IMG/VR virus record: IMGVR_UViG_3300031257_000001
Span: 32,001-96,000 of that record
Length of the DNA: 64,000 nt
Source of the DNA: a virus
Direction: 5' to 3' (one strand)
Under the pieces are notes generated by a model. That model was not told where the DNA came from, searched no databases, and saw nothing but the letters and a program-made list of their open reading frames with translations. The stretch's first letter is position 1. The number at the start of each line of letters is the position of its first letter. Shown piece after piece: positions 30,502 to 39,780 of this stretch. The position numbers and the translations under genes were made by a program.

Positions 30502-31158
30502 ATGATTCCCAACACTATGACTGACTATCTCAACTCCACCGAGTTTCGAGCCGCCCTGCTCGTGGCGGTGCCTACACTGTTGGTCCTCTTGCGCAGGGTG
30601 ACGCCACTGCTGGACCTCACCACGTGGCCAAAGTGGTTGCAACCGGTGCCACCGTTGCTGCTCGCTGGGCTACCTGTGCTCGTGGGTGAACTTGAATCCT
30701 GCGCAAGTACCGGGGCTGCGTTTCTCGCTGCGCTGTTCGAAGGGCTCGCCGCGATCGGCGCGTGGCATGGGTTGAAGCGACTGAAACCCGGTGGCGTGGC
30801 GAAGGCATCTGCGGTGTCGTTGATTCTTCTGCTCACTGGGTGTGCTGGATCTCTTGAGACATCTCGCAGCCGGGGCCAGCTGGTGCCGCGCACGGCAAGC
30901 GAACCGCGCGACGAGGCACGGTGCAGACAACTGGATGATCGCAGGACGCTCTGGGGTGGACTCGGGAAGGGTGCGTTGGGACTAGTCACAGCGGAGGCCG
31001 CGGTCACGACCCAGATCGATCAGCTGGACCGGCGCTATCGGCCCGGAGCGAAGATTGCCGTGATCAGCTCAGCTGCCGCGGTGGCTGCGTTCGGAGTGGC
31101 CGTGATTTACGTGTCCGAGGAATCCGGCAACCGATGGGCTGAGGAGTGCAGCCAGTAA
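30502..31158 (+). CDS. Membrane protein: holin-like N-terminus plus internal lipobox-like LLTGC
   Basis: Three N-terminal hydrophobic helices, LILLLTGCAG, further hydrophobic helices. Confidence 0.55.
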   Translation: MIPNTMTDYLNSTEFRAALLVAVPTLLVLLRRVTPLLDLTTWPKWLQPVPPLLLAGLPVLVGELESCASTGAAFLAALFEGLAAIGAWHGLKRLKPGGVAKASAVSLILLLTGCAGSLETSRSRGQLVPRTASEPRDEARCRQLDDRRTLWGGLGKGALGLVTAEAAVTTQIDQLDRRYRPGAKIAVISSAAAVAAFGVAVIYVSEESGNRWAEECSQ

Positions 31159-31172
31159 GGCGCGAGGCCCGC

Positions 31173-31319
31173 ATGTGGCCCGATCGCCGCCCAGTCTACC
31201 TCGAATGCCAACCACCATTGTGGGACCGCGTTGCGGTGCGTGCCGGGTGCTGGGTTTGGGCAGGAATGTTAGCGTTGGCTGCAGCTGTGGTGCTGATGAG
31301 TGTCGCGTTTCTGCGGTAA
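31173..31319 (+). CDS. Small single-TM protein (not in ORF track; alternative GTG start at 31146)
   Basis: MWPDRRPV...CWVWAGMLALAAAVVLMSVAFLR*. Fills the gap, and its stop overlaps the AAGGAG RBS of the next gene. Confidence 0.5.
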   Translation: MWPDRRPVYLECQPPLWDRVAVRAGCWVWAGMLALAAAVVLMSVAFLR

Positions 31320-31329
31320 GGAGTGGCGT

Positions 31330-32103
31330 GTGACAGAAATCAAATGTTGTGGGTGTCTGCCTGATCCAATCGACCACAGACACCACGCTGATTTTGAGAG
31401 ACTTGGGCTTACGGCGGGCACAGAGCAGTGGCCGTCGCTTCGTGCATTTTGCGGCGAGGTACTCAACCAGCAGAGCACCAGCTCGTGCGTGCCGCATGCG
31501 ATTCTGGACGCCGAGCGGACCACGCTCCGTGCGCGCCACCTGATTGATGCGCCGCTCGGGTCGATTCTGCAGCTGTACTACGGTGCGCGCTTTCGAAGCG
31601 GCCTGCATGGCAGCGATGACGGTTGCTACCCGAGCGTGGCCATTTTTGAGCTGGAAGCCAACGGGATTGCGCCGGCATTCCAATGGCCATTCGCACCAAT
31701 GCATGTGCAGAAGCGCCCGCCAATTGCCGCGACTCGTGATGCCTATGAACGTCGGGGCATGCGCGACACCTATGCAATACACGAATCGACGGTGGATGGT
31801 CGAATCGCCGCAATGCGTGCGGCACTCAACGCTAAGCGCGCCGGCACAATGCAGATACCGGTTGACCGCGCGATGATGTTCTCCAACGGTGTCACGTTGA
31901 TAGAGTATGCCAAGCTTGGAGCAATAGAAGGCTATCACCTTGTCGAATTCGTTGCGCTTGCCGATGACGGTGGGCCATGTGTCGAAATCAAAAACAGCTG
32001 GGGCAGCGGTTGGCGAGATGGTGGCTATGCCTACCTGGATCGCGGTTTCATCGACAACACACAATCGCTCTACATCATAGACCCGAAGGACCCACCGCGA
32101 TGA
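31330..32103 (+). CDS. Papain-like (C1) cysteine peptidase
   Basis: NQQSTSSCV (oxyanion Gln, catalytic Cys), GYHLV (His), KNSWGSGWRDGGYAYL (Asn). Confidence 0.9.
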   Translation: MTEIKCCGCLPDPIDHRHHADFERLGLTAGTEQWPSLRAFCGEVLNQQSTSSCVPHAILDAERTTLRARHLIDAPLGSILQLYYGARFRSGLHGSDDGCYPSVAIFELEANGIAPAFQWPFAPMHVQKRPPIAATRDAYERRGMRDTYAIHESTVDGRIAAMRAALNAKRAGTMQIPVDRAMMFSNGVTLIEYAKLGAIEGYHLVEFVALADDGGPCVEIKNSWGSGWRDGGYAYLDRGFIDNTQSLYIIDPKDPPR

Positions 32104-32390
32104 AGTGGCTACTGCTGGCAGCATTGCTCTGTGCCTGTCGTCCAGTCTACAATCCTACAGACCCGCAAGACGTAGACGGTGGCGGAGCGTCTGATTGCGC
32201 AGCCATGTGTTCCACGCTCGAACAGCTTGGCTGTGACAAGGAATGGGGAATTGATCCTGAAGACGGTCCGTGTCTCGAGTGGTGTACTGCACGTGAAAGT
32301 GATCCGAAGTCACCAACAATGTGCCCTGCACAAGTGGCCAAGGCGACAAGTTGTAATGAGGCCAACCAACTCAGCCAATGTGGGGATTGA
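32100..32390 (+). CDS. Cys-rich lipoprotein
   Basis: MKWLLLAALLCAC lipobox and eight further Cys. Confidence 0.75.
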   Translation: MKWLLLAALLCACRPVYNPTDPQDVDGGGASDCAAMCSTLEQLGCDKEWGIDPEDGPCLEWCTARESDPKSPTMCPAQVAKATSCNEANQLSQCGD

Positions 32391-32426
32391 TCAGCTCGTA
32401 GCTGGAAGACACACTATCTTAGCTGA

Positions 32427-34958
32427 GTGATCAAGCTACGCTTGGACAACCGCTGGGTCTACATCACCGGCGCTCCGCGCTCCGTCATCCGCGAGTTGGA
32501 GTCCATCACGAGCTATCGTGTGGCGGGCTTCATGTTCGCGCCGTCCTTCAAGAGAGGGCACTGGGACGGCAAGGAGCACCTGCTGCGCTTCAGCAGCAAG
32601 CGCGGATACCACGCGCCCCGAGGACTCGTCACCGACATCGCCCGGGCTCTTCGGGCTGAGGGGCATCGGTACACGGTCGAGCATGTCCACGCTCCGCTGC
32701 CGGAGCGGCGCAAGCTGGTGTGGGAGTCCAGCGTGGTGATGCGAGGATACCAGGATGAGGCGATCAACGCCCTGCTGGCACCTCCTGTGCGCGGCAGTGG
32801 GGTGTTGAAGATGCCCATCAGGAGCGGCAAGACCAAGATGGCCGCCCGGCTCATCCGCAGGATCGGCCAGGCCACACTGTTCGTGGTCCCGTCCAAGTCA
32901 CTCCTGTACCAGACCCGGGAAGCCCTCGCTGAGTGCTTCCCGTTGGAGACCATCGGCCTCATCGGCGACTCCGAGCACGATGAGCAGTTCATCACAGTCG
33001 CCTCCATCCAGACATTGGCGATGTGGCGCGAGGGCGGCCGCTGGAAGATGATGCGGCCTGCCAAGAAGCAGGAAAGCCGCGTTGCGTGGCTGGAGGAGCA
33101 CGGCTGGGAGCCGTCGGGCGAGCTGTGGCGCAAAGGTCGCATCAAGCCCGTGGCGATCGTCAAGGCCATCGAGCGTGAGGCGAGCGACCGCGAGGCAGAG
33201 CGGAAGGCCACTGTCAAGGCCAAGTACAAGGGTCTGCTCAAGGCGTTCCCTCTGCTCATCCTCGATGAATGCTTTATTGCAGGAACGTTAGTTGACGGGA
33301 GACCTATCGAGAGCATTGCTGTCGGTGACATGGTTGCTGCATTCGACAACAACGGCACCACATCCCAACGACGAGTAACCCGGACATTCAAAACGGTTCC
33401 ATCCAGCCTTGTTCGCATCCGATTCAACGACGGAAGGACCCTGACTTGCACGCCAGGGCATCCCTTCTTCACCGCTTGCGGTTGGGTGAAGGCTTGCGAG
33501 CTGAGGCCTGGATCGGATATGGTGTTAAGCACCAATGCTAAAGTGCACGACCTGCGGACGGGAATTGGACTCGGAGAACGTTCCTGCTCATCGTTTGGAA
33601 CGATGGAAGAAAACCGGAAGAATCTACTGCAAGACAGCTTGCGGCCGTGCATACACCGGGAAGGTGACCCGAAACTCACCCCACCTACGCTCCCAGGAGG
33701 TGCGGGAGGCTTCATCGAGGCGAATGAAGGAGAGCAACCCGATGCGCTCGGAGCATGTGCGTGCCAAAATGGCAGCTTCGCTGCGTGCTCGTGGCCATTC
33801 TCCCAATTGGACCAAGGGCGGGAACGGACGGCCACTACCAATTGCACAAGTGGTCCTTGCAGCTGCTTTGGGATGGGAGACAGAATGCGTTGTGAAGACG
33901 GGGAATCCGTCACGTGGAGTGGATCGAATGGTCGGGATTTCGTCTTGTTACAAGCTGGATGTTGCCAACTCGACGCTGAAGCTCGGAATCGAGCTAGACG
34001 GCCCCTCGCACCACACTCCGAAAGCACGTGTGTTGGACAAAAAGAAAACCGACTTTCTGAGTGGGATGGGGTGGACGGTGTTGAGGTTCTCCAACCGGGA
34101 AGTGACAAACGATTTGGAGGGTTGTGTCCGGACGGTTTTGTGTACAATCTCGAAGTTGAAGGACTCCACACGTACATAGCCAACGGCTTGGCCGTCCACA
34201 ACTGTCACCACTACCGGGGGACCGGCGAGTGGTACAAGGTCCCGCATGAGTTCGACAGCAGGTTCAAGGTCGGCCTGTCGGCCACCGCCTATCTGGACAA
34301 CAGCGTCGAGCAGGAACGCGGGATCATCTGGCTGAAGGCGACGTGCGGACCGATCCGCTGCGACATCCCGATGAGCCGTCTCATCGCGGACGGATTCTTG
34401 ATGAAGCAGCACGTCAGGATGTTCCGCGTGACCACCCCCAACCTCAATGGCCGGAAGTGGAGCGCGACGATGCGCCGGCAAGCCATCGTGACCAACCGCC
34501 GGCGCAACGCGATAATCGTCATGTGCGCTGCCAAGTACGCCGCAGAAGGACGCCGCATCGCCATCATCGCCCGGCTCCACGAACACATCGGGATCCTGTG
34601 CGAGGCGATGGATGAGGCCGGGCTGGAGTATCGCACCATCACCGGGCATGACGACCAAGAAGCGCGCGAGGACATCGTTGACGGGTTGGTCAGAGGGGAC
34701 TACCATGTAATCATTGGAACCGTCATCGGCGAGGGCGTGGACATCCCACAAATGGAGGTGGTCATCAATGCGGAAGGCGGCAGGGATACCAAGTCCACTG
34801 TGCAAAGGCAACGCAATCTAACCATCAACAAGGGCAAAAGGCAGGCGGTATTGGTTGACTTTTTGGACGAGACAAACGACCATCTGCGAAAGCACTCCGA
34901 GGCCCGGTTGGAGGTGTACCGCAGCGAGCCAATGTTCCAGATTGACCTGGTGGGCTAG
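32427..34958 (+). CDS. SF2 (DExH, UvsW/XPB-like) helicase, intein-containing
   Basis: MRGYQ, PIRSGKT, DE|CH, GLSATA, GEGVDIP and QRQR motifs. Confidence 0.9.
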   Translation: MIKLRLDNRWVYITGAPRSVIRELESITSYRVAGFMFAPSFKRGHWDGKEHLLRFSSKRGYHAPRGLVTDIARALRAEGHRYTVEHVHAPLPERRKLVWESSVVMRGYQDEAINALLAPPVRGSGVLKMPIRSGKTKMAARLIRRIGQATLFVVPSKSLLYQTREALAECFPLETIGLIGDSEHDEQFITVASIQTLAMWREGGRWKMMRPAKKQESRVAWLEEHGWEPSGELWRKGRIKPVAIVKAIEREASDREAERKATVKAKYKGLLKAFPLLILDECFIAGTLVDGRPIESIAVGDMVAAFDNNGTTSQRRVTRTFKTVPSSLVRIRFNDGRTLTCTPGHPFFTACGWVKACELRPGSDMVLSTNAKVHDLRTGIGLGERSCSSFGTMEENRKNLLQDSLRPCIHREGDPKLTPPTLPGGAGGFIEANEGEQPDALGACACQNGSFAACSWPFSQLDQGRERTATTNCTSGPCSCFGMGDRMRCEDGESVTWSGSNGRDFVLLQAGCCQLDAEARNRARRPLAPHSESTCVGQKENRLSEWDGVDGVEVLQPGSDKRFGGLCPDGFVYNLEVEGLHTYIANGLAVHNCHHYRGTGEWYKVPHEFDSRFKVGLSATAYLDNSVEQERGIIWLKATCGPIRCDIPMSRLIADGFLMKQHVRMFRVTTPNLNGRKWSATMRRQAIVTNRRRNAIIVMCAAKYAAEGRRIAIIARLHEHIGILCEAMDEAGLEYRTITGHDDQEAREDIVDGLVRGDYHVIIGTVIGEGVDIPQMEVVINAEGGRDTKSTVQRQRNLTINKGKRQAVLVDFLDETNDHLRKHSEARLEVYRSEPMFQIDLVG
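33270..34202 (+). mobile_element. Intein (311 aa) in helicase Walker B
   Basis: CFIAGTLV block A, CTPGHPF block B, VYNLEV...AVHN|C. Splicing restores DECH. Confidence 0.93.
33535..34179 (+). CDS. Vsr/DUF559-like endonuclease nested in the +1 frame of the helicase intein
   Basis: CxxC...CxxxC, NUMOD3-like helices, YKLDVA....KLGIELDGPSH.......DKKK..FL...GWTVLRFSN. Confidence 0.85.
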   Translation: MLKCTTCGRELDSENVPAHRLERWKKTGRIYCKTACGRAYTGKVTRNSPHLRSQEVREASSRRMKESNPMRSEHVRAKMAASLRARGHSPNWTKGGNGRPLPIAQVVLAAALGWETECVVKTGNPSRGVDRMVGISSCYKLDVANSTLKLGIELDGPSHHTPKARVLDKKKTDFLSGMGWTVLRFSNREVTNDLEGCVRTVLCTISKLKDSTRT

Positions 34959-35017
34959 CGTGTGAAACCATTCCACGCTACCTTACACACTGCCGGCGAT
35001 TCCCCCTCACGGCCCAC

Positions 35018-35059
35018 AAGGCAGCCATGACTACCCCAGGTTGTGGCTGCCTTTCATTT
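35018..35059 (+). terminator. Putative intrinsic terminator after the helicase
   Basis: AAGGCAGCCA...TGGCTGCCTT stem followed by TCATTT. Confidence 0.5.
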
Positions 35060-35104
35060 GGGTGCCCGTCAGCGCTTTTCGGCCTGCCTGTGTAGGGCCG
35101 TCCC

Positions 35105-36661
35105 ATGAAGTCGAAAGCGCACCCACGTGAGTATCAGGGCGACGGCCCGGTTTCAATCCCAACTGCCTACTGCGAGCTGAGCAAGCGCGCGTTCGCGGTC
35201 TGGGTCAGGTTGATGGCTGAGTCTCCCGAGGTTCTGCTGACAGGGAGGCATCGCCTCGCAGAGTTGTTGAGCTACTCACAGCGCCGGTTCAGCGAGGTGC
35301 TTCTGGAGCTTGTGCGCAAGGGGTACGTGGGCGTGATCCCTCCCGAGCGAGTGGGCCTTGTCACCCAAATTGTGTTGCGGCGCCGTGCAAAGATCAACCA
35401 GAGGACGGGGAACTGGTTCAGGCTGGGAAACTTGCTGCTGCAAGGCGACCACGAGTGCATGTGCAATCAACAAGAAACTGGCCCAAAGTTTACACAGACC
35501 CAAAGTTTACACAGACCGAAACCAAAGTTTAGTTGGGCTGATCCAAACTTTAATTGGACCCATGGCATAAAACCGGGAGAAGTGGTGTGTAAAAAGGTAC
35601 CAAGGGAAACCAGTTCTTGTGTAGAGGGTGGATCTTGCAGTCACAAAAGTGGCATTTGTCCAGACAAAAGTGGCAATCTCACAAACTGGGTCCAACTAAA
35701 CTTTGGATTAGTCTGTGTAAACTTTGGAAGTCCCAGAGTCGTTGGGAGTGTGGTTCTTGTGGAGTCCATAGATTATTGGAATACGCAAGGCGTCAAAAAG
35801 CTTCCCGACGGAAACTCTTGCCACATGGCAGCCATGATGCTTTCTGGTGTTAAAAAACGCCGTTTCGTGGCTGGCACGAAAACACAAACAAAACGAACCA
35901 CCTTAGAGGTAGATAGGCTTAGAGAAGCTAAGGAGAAGGAGAAAGAGAAACGTAGGCTCTCTACCCGAGCGAAGCGAGGGTTCTCAAAGCAGCGACGTGG
36001 CAAGGGTGTTGATTGGGCAAAGATAGACCTGATGGGGGACCCTGTCGTGAGCTTCGAGCCCGGCGACCGCGAGCGCCCTCGTGTTCTTGAGGTTCTGTCC
36101 CGGAGGGCTCGCGACCCGGAGCGAGTCAGGCTCGTGGCAAAGCTGGAACGCGAGTTCTGCCGCATCTACACCCGGTACAGGCGACAGGCGGAGCGCGACC
36201 TCACCGGCTCGACTGATTACAATGAGGTGTGGGAACAGGAACGGAAGTTGGCCGCCCGGGCAGCCATCCTCTGCATCCAGAAGGGAACAACGCCAACCAG
36301 GCTCATCCGCTACTGGCACAAGGCCATCCGCGACTTCACAGACTTGAAGATTCCAACACTGCGCTTCCTGGCCAGCCCGGCGAACGTGGACCGGGCCGCC
36401 TGCGCAGAGATCAATATCGATGACGCCAAGGACAAGCCTCCGGCCGGGAACAGCTTCAGCGCGGTCTGTGGTCTCGATGTACGATTGAGGCCGGAGCTTG
36501 AACGCGCCGGGTTCGACACCAGGCCGTACAACGACCGCTTCATGCTGGGAATCCAACACAATGCGATGGCGATAGCGCAGGGCAAAGACATCTTCATGGC
36601 GAAGGGTCGCGTGAGGGATATGGCGGTGTTCGCAGCGGAGAATCTGTTCAATGAGGAGTGA
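35105..36661 (+). CDS. Putative replication initiator (N-terminal wHTH, internal iterons)
   Basis: LAELLSYS.R.....L.EL..KGYV wHTH; directly upstream of a DnaC-like gene; AT-rich repeat block inside. Confidence 0.6.
   Translation: MKSKAHPREYQGDGPVSIPTAYCELSKRAFAVWVRLMAESPEVLLTGRHRLAELLSYSQRRFSEVLLELVRKGYVGVIPPERVGLVTQIVLRRRAKINQRTGNWFRLGNLLLQGDHECMCNQQETGPKFTQTQSLHRPKPKFSWADPNFNWTHGIKPGEVVCKKVPRETSSCVEGGSCSHKSGICPDKSGNLTNWVQLNFGLVCVNFGSPRVVGSVVLVESIDYWNTQGVKKLPDGNSCHMAAMMLSGVKKRRFVAGTKTQTKRTTLEVDRLREAKEKEKEKRRLSTRAKRGFSKQRRGKGVDWAKIDLMGDPVVSFEPGDRERPRVLEVLSRRARDPERVRLVAKLEREFCRIYTRYRRQAERDLTGSTDYNEVWEQERKLAARAAILCIQKGTTPTRLIRYWHKAIRDFTDLKIPTLRFLASPANVDRAACAEINIDDAKDKPPAGNSFSAVCGLDVRLRPELERAGFDTRPYNDRFMLGIQHNAMAIAQGKDIFMAKGRVRDMAVFAAENLFNEE
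35483..35727. repeat. Iteron-like direct and inverted repeats, putative replication origin
   Basis: CCAAAGTTTACACAGAC at 35483 and 35500, inverted copy at 35711-35727. CCAAAGTTTAGTTGG at 35522, inverted copy at 35692-35706. ACAAAAGTGGCA twice. Confidence 0.75.
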
Positions 36662-37325
36662 GCGTGAGGTCGATGCGTTCCGCGCCGGCCTCATCGAACG
36701 CTTCGGGGATGATGGCGACAAGCGCGTGGCGTACTACACAGCGTGCTACGAGGCTTGTATTCCACGGACGTTCTGGGATGTCGCCGGTGCCGATGTGACC
36801 TACAACATCGATGCGTTCAAGGGGGTCATCCTGCGATACACGTCCAAGTGGAAGCGGGCCCTTCGCCACGGATACTCGATGCTGCTCGTTGGCGACAACG
36901 GCACTGGCAAGACCATGTTCGTGTCGTTCGTCCTCACACAGATGATCAAGCGTGGCGTGACAGTCTACTACATGACGTTGGCCCAGTTGGACATCGACAT
37001 CAAGCGTGGGTTCAAGGACGGCAACGCTGAGGCCCGGCTTGAGCTCCTGCTCGGGGCCGACTTCCTGGCCATCGATGAGATGGGAAAGGAGCATTTCAAG
37101 GCGGACAGCTTCCTGACCACGCGGTTGGAGCTGCTACTCAAGCGCAGGTACGATGACGGCGAGCCCACGGTTCTGGCTTCCAACTTGGGGTGCCAACGGC
37201 TGGTCGAGATGTACGGCCCGACCATCGAGAGTATGCTGGACGGGAAGTATGCCACGTGCCAGTTGGAATCTGGAGACTTCCGCAAGAGCGTCCGCACCCG
37301 GATGAAGAAGGATCTTGGCTTGTGA
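36651..37325 (+). CDS. dnaC: DnaC/IstB-like AAA+ helicase loader
   Basis: GDNGTGKT, DFLAIDEMGKE, RY....PTVLASN and GDFR motifs. Confidence 0.85.
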   Translation: MRSEREVDAFRAGLIERFGDDGDKRVAYYTACYEACIPRTFWDVAGADVTYNIDAFKGVILRYTSKWKRALRHGYSMLLVGDNGTGKTMFVSFVLTQMIKRGVTVYYMTLAQLDIDIKRGFKDGNAEARLELLLGADFLAIDEMGKEHFKADSFLTTRLELLLKRRYDDGEPTVLASNLGCQRLVEMYGPTIESMLDGKYATCQLESGDFRKSVRTRMKKDLGL

Positions 37326-38725
37326 CTGCCAAGTTTGACCTGGCCTTTGAGACGCAGATCCTGTCTCAGGCGCTCCGCGATGACGTGTTCCTGAAGAAGG
37401 CGGTGCGAATCTGCGACCAGCACCACTTCGGCACCAAAGAGCATGCGTGGATCTGGGGCGTCATCGCGGACACGTGGCGCAAGTACCACGAGCGGGCGAG
37501 CGGGAAGCTCATCCTGTCAAAGGCGAAAGTAGACCACCCCGACCCTGACAAACGCAAGCCATTCCTGGCGTTGGCGCGGAAGCTGGTTCGGGTCAAGCCA
37601 TCCCACCCCAAAGCGGCCCTCGATGAGTTGAACGGCTTCGTGCGTGAGGTGAATCTGCACCTCGCTCTGGAGAAGTCAGCAGATGCGTTGTCGAAGGGCG
37701 AACTGGAAGCTGCGGAGCGGGCCGTGTCCAAGGTCGCCAGGATGTCCGCCCGGGAGCGCAAGTACACTCTGGTGCGCTGGATTGAGGAATTCGAGGCCCG
37801 CCAGGACGCTCGCAGGTATGAGGCCGAGCACCCCGGCGAATTCAAGGTCATCCCGTCAGGTTGGAAGACACTGGACAAGGCGCTGGGTGGCGGCTCCCGA
37901 ATCGGAGAACTGAACCTCATCATGGGGACGACCGGCCGAGGCAAGAGCGTCGGAGCCACCAATGTGGCGATGGCCGCGGTCAAGCGTCTCCACCCCACGT
38001 TGTACATTGCCACAGAGATGCCTGCCAGGCAGATCGCCCAACGGCAGGACACCATCTGGACTGGGATGCGATATGACCAGTTCAAGACGTGGGACTTCAG
38101 GCCGTCCGAACGGCGTGCGATGACGAGGCACCTGAAGCGGGTTGCCAAACTCTGGAGCAACATGTTCCACATCGCTAGCTTTCCTGTTCGTTCGGCCGAC
38201 ATCACAGACGTCCGGCAGCTTCTGGCTGACCTACTGGAGGATCACGATTTCAGGCCGGAGATCATCGTGGTTGACTCCGGCGACCATCTGCGCTCATCCG
38301 ACAAGACGTTGGACAGCTACCGTCTGCAGCAAGCCGATGTGTACTGGGAGCTCAAGAGGCTGGGTGAGGAAGATGGCTATGTGGTCTGGTCCACAGTCCA
38401 GGCAGGCAAGGAGTATGCTGTCACGACGGCCACGAGCGAGGCGACCTCTGAGAGCTACGACAAGGCGCGCATCTCGGACATGATCATCAGCCTCAACGAC
38501 CCTGACGCCGGGCGCCGTCGCAAGAGGATTGAGTTGGATGTTGACGCCGATGAAGAGGATGATGTTGCCGAGGTGACGGGGCCGGAGGTGGGCGACGATG
38601 AGGCGAAGCGCCTGGAGCTGTTCCTGGCCAAGTACAGGGACGGCCTGTCCAAACTCAAGATCCCGCTGAATGCTGACTTCGCTCGGATGAAGCTCAGCGA
38701 GGTAGGTGACGATGATGAGGATTAG
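37322..38725 (+). CDS. dnaB: DnaB-like replicative helicase
   Basis: PSGWKTLD.ALGGG, GTTGRGKS, ATEM, IVVD and AKYRDG motifs. Confidence 0.88.
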   Translation: MTAKFDLAFETQILSQALRDDVFLKKAVRICDQHHFGTKEHAWIWGVIADTWRKYHERASGKLILSKAKVDHPDPDKRKPFLALARKLVRVKPSHPKAALDELNGFVREVNLHLALEKSADALSKGELEAAERAVSKVARMSARERKYTLVRWIEEFEARQDARRYEAEHPGEFKVIPSGWKTLDKALGGGSRIGELNLIMGTTGRGKSVGATNVAMAAVKRLHPTLYIATEMPARQIAQRQDTIWTGMRYDQFKTWDFRPSERRAMTRHLKRVAKLWSNMFHIASFPVRSADITDVRQLLADLLEDHDFRPEIIVVDSGDHLRSSDKTLDSYRLQQADVYWELKRLGEEDGYVVWSTVQAGKEYAVTTATSEATSESYDKARISDMIISLNDPDAGRRRKRIELDVDADEEDDVAEVTGPEVGDDEAKRLELFLAKYRDGLSKLKIPLNADFARMKLSEVGDDDED

Positions 38726-38740
38726 TGAAGGAGTGCCGCA

Positions 38741-39757
38741 TTGGGCTTTGACATTGAGGGGTATGCAGAATCCAGATTGAACCGGTTCCGACGTTGTGGC
38801 GGACGATCCGGGAACGAGGCGACAGCGCTGTGCCCGCGTTGTGACAAGGTGTCCAAGTTCTATTTGAATCTGGAGACAGGCAGCTTCGTGTGCTTCTCGT
38901 GCGACTTCCGCGGCCGCTCCATCGTGTGGCTCGTCGCTGAAGTTGAAGGGTTCACTACGGCGGAGGCCCGTGCCTTCATCTTCCGCCAGACAGTCGCCAT
39001 CCGCCGGCGCGACTCGCGTGCCGTGCTCCGCGACCGCATCGCGGCCCTCCGGCCTCACACCATCAAGGATGACTCGCCGGAGCCGGAGGACTTCGACTTG
39101 CCCAAGTCGTTCAGGCCGGTGTGGAAGGATGGTCGTTGGGACTTCCCCATCTGGCTCAAAGAGAAGCGCGGGATCAAGAGCAAGACCGCTCGCGCATGGG
39201 GGCTCGGATACTGCCGTTTTGGCAAGTACGCTGGGCGCCTGATCATCCCCATAGAGTGCCCCAACGGACGGAGCTTCACAGCCCGGGACATGACGGATGA
39301 GCAAGAGCCCAAGTATTTGAACCCGTGGGGTGCTGATCACCGCCGGCTCCTCATTGGATGGGGCCTCGTTCCGCTGGTGTCAGACTTGGTGATCTGCGAA
39401 GGGCCACTGGACGCAGTGAAGCTCTGGCAGCACAGGATCCCGGCGCTAGCCCTCGGTGGCAAGGAGCTACATGACGAGCAGATCCAGTTGCTCAGGACGT
39501 TGTCACAGTCACAGGCGATCACGATCATGTTGGATCCTGAAGAGCGCGAAGCGCCGTACAGGCTTGCCGAGAGCCTTCACACAGAGTTTGACAGCATATT
39601 CATCGCGACGCTGCCAGATGGGACGGACCCGGGCGACTCAACGTTTGACCAAGCCCACACAGCGCTCGATGACGCCGTCCAGTGGAAGGGGGACCGCACA
39701 CCAAGGTTGCTGGCCAAAGTTCGGAGTGCTGGAGATGCTGTTTCTTCCAGGCGTTGA
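38741..39757 (+). CDS. DNA primase (zinc finger + TOPRIM)
   Basis: CPRC...CFSC, PKYLN, ICEGPLDA, MLDPE and DPGD motifs. Confidence 0.88.
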   Translation: MGFDIEGYAESRLNRFRRCGGRSGNEATALCPRCDKVSKFYLNLETGSFVCFSCDFRGRSIVWLVAEVEGFTTAEARAFIFRQTVAIRRRDSRAVLRDRIAALRPHTIKDDSPEPEDFDLPKSFRPVWKDGRWDFPIWLKEKRGIKSKTARAWGLGYCRFGKYAGRLIIPIECPNGRSFTARDMTDEQEPKYLNPWGADHRRLLIGWGLVPLVSDLVICEGPLDAVKLWQHRIPALALGGKELHDEQIQLLRTLSQSQAITIMLDPEEREAPYRLAESLHTEFDSIFIATLPDGTDPGDSTFDQAHTALDDAVQWKGDRTPRLLAKVRSAGDAVSSRR

Positions 39758-39780
39758 ACTTTTCTTCAACGAGACGGCAA

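Noticed and set aside
32100-32390. Host assignment (Myxococcota-like Cys-rich lipoprotein)
   Set aside because: Only an impression from composition; cannot be supported without searches.
32387-32420. Sigma70 promoter before the helicase (TTGATC...TATCTT)
   Set aside because: The 22-nt spacer is too long to call.
32513-34201. 562-aa minus-strand ORF across the helicase and intein
   Set aside because: Codon-aligned antisense shadow of a GC-rich gene with no recognisable motifs or RBS.
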